DNA of 64,000 nucleotides from Planctomycetota bacterium (lineage in GTDB: Bacteria; Planctomycetota; UBA8108; SXIK01): positions 7,232,001-7,296,000 of the forward strand of contig CBDCXR010000004.1 in assembly GCA_965223845.1 (NCBI GenBank), written 5' to 3'. Each line of letters opens with the position of its first letter. Position 1 is the first letter of the stretch. This document shows positions 41,864 through 49,499 of this stretch, piece after piece. The notes under the pieces were generated by a model. That model was not told the DNA's origin. It saw only the letters and a list, made by a program, of their open reading frames with translations, and did no database searches. The translations under genes and the position numbers were made by a program.

Positions 41864-44353
41864 CTAACGAAGCGGGATCGCCTCGACGTCGGCGATCGTC
41901 TCGCGTTCGTCCGAGTTGGTCTCGCCTCCGATGAGGTAGACCATCGGGACGGGGCCGCGGCTCGAGAGGTAGGCAGAGTGACGAGTGCGGCTCGCCATGA
42001 GACGGATGGCGAGCGGATTCCACGTGCGCGTGCGCCGCGAATACGCCTCGCCACCGCGAAGAGCGCCCGACCCCCGCGCGCTTCCCGGACGCTCGCCGCC
42101 GAGGAGCACCGGGCCGAGCCACGGTGCCGTCACCATCGCGGCGTGATCGCGATCCACGATCTGGTCGGGATCCGGTGACGGATGGGGAAGAACCTCGAAC
42201 GCGCTGTCCGCGGGCGATGCGGCGTCGAGCTCGAAGAGGAGCGCGTCACCGGCTTCGCCCGGCTGCGGGATCGGCACCGCGCGTCCGCGCAGCGTGCGCT
42301 GAAGCTCGCCGAGATCCGTCGCCGACTCGCGCAGTCGATTGATGTCGTCGACCCGGAGGCTCGCGACCTGTCGCCGCGTGAGGAGCCGTGCGAGCTCGGG
42401 AGTTCGAAGCTCGCTCAGACGATCGATGTCGGGGAGGGCCGCCAAATCGCGGAGCTGCGCGATCGACAGCGGCAGCTCCCAACGCCACTCGCCGTCAGGG
42501 TGGCGTGAAGTCCCGCCCGCGAGAAGGACGCGTGGGGGCGCCGATGGCGATTCGGGCGGAAGGAGAGTTGCGAGGTGTCCGAACCGAGGGAGCGAAAAGC
42601 GAAACGGGATCCGCGTGAGAACGATCGAAGCGGCGGGGTCGCGAACGTCGAGGAGGACGGGCGAGACCAGTACGGAACCCTGCGTGTAGTCGACATCGAC
42701 ACCGACGTCAGAGGACGATCCGATCGGAGTACCGATCGCGTGCGATCGTTTGGCTTGGGCGGAGTAGCCGTAACCGCCGTACGCGAGGACGAGACCGGAG
42801 TCCGCGAGCGCGGTCAAGGTGTGGCGCGTTCGCGGTACGGACCGAAACGCGCGCGACGCGTCGCGATCGAGCTCGATGCGTCCGTCCTCGGTCCGGCGAA
42901 ACTGAATCAGCTCCGCGCCGGCGACGAGCCCCGACCTCCTTCCCCCGTCGACGAGGATCGACATCGGACCGGTGGCGACGCCCGCGTGGTTCCACCGGGG
43001 AACGACGAGCGCGTCGTCGATCGACTCGACCGAGACTTCGCGAGCGCCGGCGCCGGACTCGGACGCGCCGCCGACCAGCCGGATCACCGACACGCGCGAG
43101 AGTGGTGTGAGATCGGCGTTTCGACCCCCGGCGACGACGATGAAATCGTCCGGAGTTCCGTGCGTTCCATCCGGCCCGGCGAGTGGGATGGACGTGTGCC
43201 CGGCGGTCCCCTCGGCGAGGCGGCCGGCCATCGTGAAGTGACGAGCGCCTTCGGTCGGCGCCGGATCGAAGAGGAGAATCTGGTCGATCCACTCGGGCCC
43301 GGCCGTCGCGCGGCCGCCGACGACGAGGGCCCGTCCGTCCGGGAACCCGTTGACCGTGTGACCGATGCGTCCGCCCGGCGTCGGAAGCCGGGCGCCGGCG
43401 ACGGGCGCCGCTTCCGGTACGCTCGACGCGTAGCCGAGGTCGACCTCCCGCGTCGACACGGCGCCGCGACCGCTCGCGAGATCGAAGATCTTCGTCGATG
43501 GAAACACCACGGTACCGCCGAGAGCGATTCCCGACGGGCTCTCGAGGGCACCGCGATCGAGAGAGACATCGAAGTCGCCTTCGAGCGTGAGAATGGGAGC
43601 CGAGCCGAGCTCGACGATGATTTCCCGCGGGTCGCGTCCCGCCGGAGCGAGAAACGTCGACGGGACTTCGCCGCTGTCGAGTCGGTCGAGGTCCTTCGCG
43701 AGGCGGAGGTCTCCCGGCTCGATCGGCGCGGCCGCGACGACTTTGCCCTCGAGCCGGAGCTCGACCGGTCGATCGAACACGAGGCGGAGGCGGTCTTCCG
43801 CGTCGACGACGAGATTGCCCTCGCCCGCGGGCTCTTCCCAGAGAGCTCTCTCGAGCCGCGGGTGGATTCCGAGGAACTCGAGATCCACCCACTCCGAATT
43901 CCTCCGAGGCCAACGCAGACGAACGCCGGTGGCATCCGAGTCGTCTCCGTGCACGCCGCGGGCGCGCGGTCGCGACGCGGCGGACGCGTTCGGTGGCGCC
44001 CGGAGCGTAGCGACGAGGCGCGTCGCGCTCGCGCGCTCTAGCGCGGCGGTCCAAGCGGTCGCCGGAGCGAGCTCGATCTCGGGGAGCTCGCTGCCCTCGG
44101 CGAGCGCGCGATCGAGGTCGATGATCACCGTCTCGCCGTCATCCGCCTCGCCGCTCGCGTTTTCGTCGCTCAGTCGCGCGACGACGGGCTCGGGCTGTGG
44201 GCCCGGGGCGCAACCGACGAGAGGCGCCGCGAGAACGAGCGCGGCCGTGGCCGCAGCAGCGATGGCAGAAAGTCTTTCGTCTAGCAAGGAAGCGTGCCCG
44301 TGGCGGTCTGCTGCGCTCGAACGTCCGAGGGTCTCGCCCGGATTCGGCGACAC
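41864..44353 (-). CDS. Kelch-repeat lipoprotein (distant paralogue C)
   Basis: Lipobox LVGC; repeated R-x-x-H-T...GG kelch blades (GRIGHTV...VVGG, PRWNHAG...DGG, PRFGHLA...LAGG, RTRHSA...IGG); start uncertain. Confidence 0.72.
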   Translation of the reverse strand: MSPNPGETLGRSSAADRHGHASLLDERLSAIAAAATAALVLAAPLVGCAPGPQPEPVVARLSDENASGEADDGETVIIDLDRALAEGSELPEIELAPATAWTAALERASATRLVATLRAPPNASAASRPRARGVHGDDSDATGVRLRWPRRNSEWVDLEFLGIHPRLERALWEEPAGEGNLVVDAEDRLRLVFDRPVELRLEGKVVAAAPIEPGDLRLAKDLDRLDSGEVPSTFLAPAGRDPREIIVELGSAPILTLEGDFDVSLDRGALESPSGIALGGTVVFPSTKIFDLASGRGAVSTREVDLGYASSVPEAAPVAGARLPTPGGRIGHTVNGFPDGRALVVGGRATAGPEWIDQILLFDPAPTEGARHFTMAGRLAEGTAGHTSIPLAGPDGTHGTPDDFIVVAGGRNADLTPLSRVSVIRLVGGASESGAGAREVSVESIDDALVVPRWNHAGVATGPMSILVDGGRRSGLVAGAELIQFRRTEDGRIELDRDASRAFRSVPRTRHTLTALADSGLVLAYGGYGYSAQAKRSHAIGTPIGSSSDVGVDVDYTQGSVLVSPVLLDVRDPAASIVLTRIPFRFSLPRFGHLATLLPPESPSAPPRVLLAGGTSRHPDGEWRWELPLSIAQLRDLAALPDIDRLSELRTPELARLLTRRQVASLRVDDINRLRESATDLGELQRTLRGRAVPIPQPGEAGDALLFELDAASPADSAFEVLPHPSPDPDQIVDRDHAAMVTAPWLGPVLLGGERPGSARGSGALRGGEAYSRRTRTWNPLAIRLMASRTRHSAYLSSRGPVPMVYLIGGETNSDERETIADVEAIPLR

Positions 44354-44563
44354 GCCGGTGATCGATCCGTCGTCCTTATCGGCCGAGCGGGCGTGTCGTC
44401 TCCGGTCGTGATTCTACCGTGCCGCCGCAGGAACTCCTCGGCCGAGGCGGCTCCCTCGCGGCGAAACGGAGAGTGCGTCGATGATGAGATCGACGAGGCG
44501 GCGGGATTTCTCAGCCGAATCTCTCGGCTCGAGCGCGCCGGAGGGGCGGGATTCGCTCGCGTC

Positions 44564-45649
44564 CTACTCTTCCCTGACCCAGGCGAGCATTTTTTTCTTC
44601 ATTCTTTGGTCGGGCTCAGCGCGCGCGACGTCTTTGAGGACCCGGTTTGCGTAGTCGTTCTCGATTCTGGAGAGGGCCCTTGCGGCACTGAGCCTGACGC
44701 CGGGCTCGGAGGCGTTCCTGGCCTGGTTTTCGAGGAATGGTATGGAGGCTGGGTTTCCTATCTTTCCGATGGTGCCGAGCATGGTCTGCTTGACGATCCA
44801 GTGAGGCTCTTTCTCTACGGCTCGGTAGACGTCGTCGAGAGTCTCGTCGAGCTTGGTTTTGCCTAGGAACTGGGCGGCCTTGTTTCTGACGTTGTGTAGT
44901 GTGTCGTTGCGCATGTGCTCGACGACGGTCCCGACGGCCTCTTCTCGTCGTGAGTGAGTTCCGAGCGCCTCTACGAACTTCGCTCTAAAGGCGTGGAGGT
45001 TTTTTCTTTTGGAGAAGTCGGTGATGAGATCGAAGGAGGTGTCGTTGTCGAGCCTGGCGATGGCGTCGATGGTGTGGAACATCTCGGAGCGGGCCTCCGG
45101 CTGCTCTTGCCTTCCGAGGAAGAAGTCCTTGAGCAGGAATGTGGCCTCTTCGCTCTCTGGTCCGATGTCTCCGATGCCGTAGAGTAGGAACCTTCTGTTG
45201 ACGAAGTCGGCCTCTGCGTTGAGTACGGCTCCGAGAGTGGGGAGGGCATCGGGTCCGAGTGAGGCGAGGTAGTCTCTGAGGTCCTGTCGGATCTTTTGGA
45301 TCCCGAGCTTGGGATCGGTCTGATCGAGGACCATGGACTCGAAGAAGGTGTGGAGATCGGTGGCGAGGTCGTGGTCCCAGCCGGCGGGGAACTCGGTGAT
45401 GTTCCAGCGCGGGTAGCGTCCGCCGTAGCGCTTGAGTCTCTGCTCGGAGTAGCGGACGGGCTCGGTGGGAGAGTTCTGGGGGACGTCGAACTGAGCGGGC
45501 TCGGTCTCGGGCGTGGGCTGAGGGTCGGCGACGGTGGGGGAGGGAGCCTCGTCGTCGCTTCGTCCGGCGATGACGAGAAGGTAGCCGAAGGTGATGGTGA
45601 GGAGCGCGGCGAGCGCGAGAGGGGCCGCGACGCGGAGAGAGATCTTCAT
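44564..45649 (-). CDS. Membrane-anchored HEAT-repeat protein, copy 2
   Basis: N-terminal TM helix, Pro-rich linker, HEAT-like repeats (VRNKAAQFLG, IVKQTMLGTIGKIG, VRLSAARALSRI); same 361 aa as 48277-49362. Confidence 0.85.
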   Translation of the reverse strand: MKISLRVAAPLALAALLTITFGYLLVIAGRSDDEAPSPTVADPQPTPETEPAQFDVPQNSPTEPVRYSEQRLKRYGGRYPRWNITEFPAGWDHDLATDLHTFFESMVLDQTDPKLGIQKIRQDLRDYLASLGPDALPTLGAVLNAEADFVNRRFLLYGIGDIGPESEEATFLLKDFFLGRQEQPEARSEMFHTIDAIARLDNDTSFDLITDFSKRKNLHAFRAKFVEALGTHSRREEAVGTVVEHMRNDTLHNVRNKAAQFLGKTKLDETLDDVYRAVEKEPHWIVKQTMLGTIGKIGNPASIPFLENQARNASEPGVRLSAARALSRIENDYANRVLKDVARAEPDQRMKKKMLAWVREE

Positions 45650-45683
45650 CGGCCGAGTGCTTTCGATTCGAGCTCTACGATTT

Positions 45684-46010
45684 TCAACGGGACGCGCCTC
45701 GAATGGACGCGTTTTCCTTCCGGAGCGGCGGCAAGAGTACCTCGGCGGTAGGAGCGGCAGGCTCTCCGCCGATGAAACGAATGCCGTCCCCGCCGGATAG
45801 AAGGATACGATCGCCGCTCATGTGGATGATTCCGTTGCCGCCGGGAATGGACCGGCGGGGCGAGGTCACTTTCGACCGGGAACCTCGGAGCCAGCTCACG
45901 TCTCGCGCGACAGCGACGACGAAGGCGCCGGCCGTGAACGCGGCGGCGAGGCCGAGCAGCCCGGCGAACGCTTGCGAACGCCGGCGAGTCTCACGCCCGG
46001 AACGGCGCGA
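45684..46010 (-). pseudogene. Relic of a third kelch-lipoprotein copy (C-terminal ~42 codons joined to a signal-peptide-like stretch)
   Basis: 45726-45848 encodes IPGGNGIIHMSGDRILLSGGDGIRFIGGEPAAPTAEVLLPP, about 30 of 42 identical to the kelch C-terminus. Confidence 0.7.
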
Positions 46011-46029
46011 AACTCCCCGAGCCCTTGAT

Positions 46030-47910
46030 TCAATCAACGGGAGTCGTCTCGTTGACGCGCGGCGGGAGGAGGACTTCGCAGGACGGAGCGGCGGGCTCGC
46101 CGCCGATGAAGCGTCCGTCACTCCCTCCACCGGATGCAAGGATGCGATCGTCGGTCGTGTTGATGATTCCGTCGGCTCCGGGGATGGCGATGTTCTTCGC
46201 GTAGACGCGCCACGCGGCGCGGGGCTGCGCCCAGCGGGCGAGGGCGGTGTTCCCGAAGGCAGAGATCACGTCGGTGGTCGGGATGTTGCCGTCGAGAGTG
46301 AGCCACGTACCGATGATGCCGAGGGGGTTGTTGACCGTTCGATCGCTGCGGAGCTCACGCGGCGAGAGCTCGAGGATGGTGGCCGCACGGAGATTGAAGA
46401 ACGGATCGAAGACGCACCCGGTGCTGATCGGCTCGAAGGGATAGTGAGGGCAGCCGGGCGCGGGAATGATGTGCGTGCCGCCGAGCGCAAACACCCAGGT
46501 GGTGACGTCGGGTCGATCGGGGACGGTAACCATGTGCCGGGGGAGCGAAACGGGATTGGTCTGACAGCGCCCGACGAGGTAGTCGAAGGGGAAGGCGTTC
46601 GCCGGCGGCTCGACGCCCTGGACCTGGGAGAGGGTCTGGAGGTCTTCGACGTTGAAGAACTGGAGCCCCTGCGCGGGTCCGAAGCCGGTGAACGTGCAGA
46701 TGAAGAGCTCGTCGTTCTGGTTGAAGAATGAATCGGGGCAAATCTCGTCTGAGTTTCCGTGCGTGATGAGGATCGCGTTCCCCATGCCGCGGATCCCGTC
46801 GATGGTGAAGTCGTTGAATCGTCCGAGATTCATGATCGCCGGAGTGTCGACGCGCGGCGAGCCGAGGGAGACGTTTCCGGCCTGAGTGACGATGCGCGTG
46901 AGCGGATCCATGAACTCGACGACGGTGAGTCCGTCGGCCTCTTCGCGTCCGACGGCGGTGTAGAGCTTCGTCTGGGGCGCCGCCTGTCCGGTGAGGGTCT
47001 GGAACCCTCCGGCGAAGACGAGGATGTCGTCGGCCGAGCCGAGCACCTGGTCGAAGCCGGCAACGCGATCGGTGGCGTGTCCGGCGCGTCCGCGCGGGGT
47101 GTTGAGTGTGATCTCGCGGTCGCTGTTCGGACGGGTGAAGGGGATGAATCGCCCCTCGGTGACGCTGAAGACCTCGAAGGTACGGAGGGACTGGAAGACG
47201 GTGCGCTGCTCTTGGCGTCCGACTTGTCCCGGCTCGATGTTGACGTTGATGATCGTGACGGTGCTGACGTCCTGACCGCCGGTGACGAGGAAGTTGCCGT
47301 TGAAGAGCTGCGTCGTGGTGTGGCGGAAGCGGGGATTGAGTAGCTCCTCGTCGAGGACTTCGATCGTGCGGGTGTCGGGATCGAAGAATTCAGGCTTCTC
47401 GTAGGCTCTCTGCGCTTCGGCGATGTCGCTCGTCCCGCCGATGACGAGAATGCGTCCGTCGGCGAGCTGGTTCACGGTGTGGAAGATGCGCGGACCGTTC
47501 TCGAGGACCATCGGGTCGCCCTCGAAGTTGGTATCGAACCAAACTCCGGTGCGAGTCTCCGGCCGGATGCGGTCGGTGTCGACCGCGGCCTGGTCGTAGA
47601 ACTCGATGGTATCGAGCGTCGAGAGGCCGCGCTCGTCCGAGCCGCAGAAGACGAAGACGAATCCCGTGCGGCTGAAGACGGCCTCGTGGAGGTAGCGCGG
47701 GCGGTTGAGATCGGCGGTGCCGTAGTAGGGACGGTACTGGTTCGTCTCCTCGTCGAACTCCGGGAGCCTCGGCGCTGCCTGTGAGACGTTCGTGATGCCG
47801 ACGCCCTCCGCCGAGCTGCCGCCGCCGCAGCCGGAAGCGACGAAGAGGGCGGCGGTCGAGACGAGGACGCTGAACGCGAGCGAGATCGAAGGAGAGAGAG
47901 ACGGTTTCAT
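46030..47910 (-). CDS. Kelch-repeat beta-propeller lipoprotein, copy B
   Basis: MKPSLS...lipobox ASGC; kelch blades PRYLH, PRIFHT..LADGRILVIGG, PRFRHT..LVTGG, GRAGH..FAGG; GAGG RBS upstream of ATG 47910. Confidence 0.85.
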   Translation of the reverse strand: MKPSLSPSISLAFSVLVSTAALFVASGCGGGSSAEGVGITNVSQAAPRLPEFDEETNQYRPYYGTADLNRPRYLHEAVFSRTGFVFVFCGSDERGLSTLDTIEFYDQAAVDTDRIRPETRTGVWFDTNFEGDPMVLENGPRIFHTVNQLADGRILVIGGTSDIAEAQRAYEKPEFFDPDTRTIEVLDEELLNPRFRHTTTQLFNGNFLVTGGQDVSTVTIINVNIEPGQVGRQEQRTVFQSLRTFEVFSVTEGRFIPFTRPNSDREITLNTPRGRAGHATDRVAGFDQVLGSADDILVFAGGFQTLTGQAAPQTKLYTAVGREEADGLTVVEFMDPLTRIVTQAGNVSLGSPRVDTPAIMNLGRFNDFTIDGIRGMGNAILITHGNSDEICPDSFFNQNDELFICTFTGFGPAQGLQFFNVEDLQTLSQVQGVEPPANAFPFDYLVGRCQTNPVSLPRHMVTVPDRPDVTTWVFALGGTHIIPAPGCPHYPFEPISTGCVFDPFFNLRAATILELSPRELRSDRTVNNPLGIIGTWLTLDGNIPTTDVISAFGNTALARWAQPRAAWRVYAKNIAIPGADGIINTTDDRILASGGGSDGRFIGGEPAAPSCEVLLPPRVNETTPVD

Positions 47911-48019
47911 TCTGTCGAACCTCTTTCGCGAATCGCGCCGACTGCGGGAACGATCGAGTCCGGCAGTGGCGAACGGGGGGGAAGTCGTTGTGGCTGGGTT
48001 GTTCTCGCCGGCTCTGATC

Positions 48020-48035
48020 TGCAAGCGCCGTACCG
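48020..48035 (-). promoter_or_regulatory. Candidate sigma54 -24/-12 promoter for kelch B-HEAT unit
   Basis: Minus strand CGGTACGGCGCTTGCA = GG-N10-GC, close to TGGCACG-N4-TTGCW. Confidence 0.62.
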
Positions 48036-48073
48036 CGAGCCGATAGAATCTCGGGGTGTGGTGGGATCCCGCC

Positions 48074-48086
48074 TAAGGCGTTGATT
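48074..48086 (-). promoter_or_regulatory. IHF-consensus site
   Basis: Minus strand AATCAACGCCTTA matches WATCAANNNNTTR exactly, about 40 bp upstream of the sigma54 motif. Confidence 0.6.
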
Positions 48087-48276
48087 CGTATCGGGTTATG
48101 TCCGCCTTCGCGGCGGGAGAACGCTGGCTCGACGCTCCGGGCGCTTCGACGACGCCGGTGGATGGGCGCCAGAGACCCAGCCGACAAAAGCTCTTTACAC
48201 GTGGTTTAACAGCGAGTGGTTGAGGGCGGAATGAACGAGTTTCTCGCGCGAGGCGTGCGGGCAGAACGGATCGGCC

Positions 48277-49362
48277 CTACTCTTCCCTGACCCAGGCGAG
48301 CATTTTTTTCTTCATTCTTTGGTCGGGCTCAGCGCGCGCGACGTCTTTGAGGACCCGGTTTGCGTAGTCGTTCTCGATTCTGGAGAGGGCCCTTGCGGCA
48401 CTGAGCCTGACGCCGGGCTCGGAGGCGTTCCTGGCCTGGTTTTCGAGGAATGGTATGGAGGCTGGGTTTCCTATCTTTCCGATGGTGCCGAGCATGGTCT
48501 GCTTGACGATCCAGTGAGGCTCTTTCTCTACGGCTCGGTAGACGTCGTCGAGAGTCTCGTCGAGCTTGGTTTTGCCTAGGAACTGGGCGGCCTTGTTTCT
48601 GACGTTGTGTAGTGTGTCGTTGCGCATGTGCTCGACGACGGTCCCGACGGCCTCTTCTCGTCGTGAGTGAGTTCCGAGCGCCTCTACGAACTTCGCTCTA
48701 AAGGCGTGGAGGTTTTTTCTTTTGGAGAAGTCGGTGATGAGATCGAAGGAGGTGTCGTTGTCGAGCCTGGCGATGGCGTCGATGGTGTGGAACATCTCGG
48801 AGCGGGCCTCCGGCTGCTCTTGCCTTCCGAGGAAGAAGTCCTTGAGCAGGAATGTGGCCTCTTCGCTCTCTGGTCCGATGTCTCCGATGCCGTAGAGTAG
48901 GAACCTTCTGTTGACGAAGTCGGCCTCTGCGTTGAGTACGGCTCCGAGAGTGGGGAGGGCATCGGGTCCGAGTGAGGCGAGGTAGTCTCTGAGGTCCTGT
49001 CGGATCTTTTGGATCCCGAGCTTGGGATCGGTCTGATCGAGGACCATGGACTCGAAGAAGGTGTGGAGATCGGTGGCGAGGTCGTGGTCCCAGCCGGCGG
49101 GGAACTCGGTGATGTTCCAGCGCGGGTAGCGTCCGCCGTAGCGCTTGAGTCTCTGCTCGGAGTAGCGGACGGGCTCGGTGGGAGAGTTCTGGGGGACGTC
49201 GAACTGAGCGGGCTCGGTCTCGGGCGTGGGCTGAGGGTCGGCGACGGTGGGGGAGGGAGCCTCGTCGTCGCTTCGTCCGGCGATGACGAGAAGGTAGCCG
49301 AAGGTGATGGTGAGGAGCGCGGCGAGCGCGAGAGGGGCCGCGACGCGGAGAGAGATCTTCAT
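48277..49362 (-). CDS. Membrane-anchored HEAT-repeat protein, copy 1
   Basis: Same translation as 44564-45649; start taken at MKISLRV (49362), where identity with copy 2 begins. Confidence 0.85.
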   Translation of the reverse strand: MKISLRVAAPLALAALLTITFGYLLVIAGRSDDEAPSPTVADPQPTPETEPAQFDVPQNSPTEPVRYSEQRLKRYGGRYPRWNITEFPAGWDHDLATDLHTFFESMVLDQTDPKLGIQKIRQDLRDYLASLGPDALPTLGAVLNAEADFVNRRFLLYGIGDIGPESEEATFLLKDFFLGRQEQPEARSEMFHTIDAIARLDNDTSFDLITDFSKRKNLHAFRAKFVEALGTHSRREEAVGTVVEHMRNDTLHNVRNKAAQFLGKTKLDETLDDVYRAVEKEPHWIVKQTMLGTIGKIGNPASIPFLENQARNASEPGVRLSAARALSRIENDYANRVLKDVARAEPDQRMKKKMLAWVREE

Positions 49363-49499
49363 GGGCGGGGATTCAAGCTCGGGCAAGCGTTATCGGGAAG
49401 AGACGTCCATCCCAGGCGATGGTACAACCAAACCCCTCTCTTTCCCGCCTCCGCATACACCCCGCTCGAGCGAGGAGTTCACCTCCGGCCGAGTTCGGC

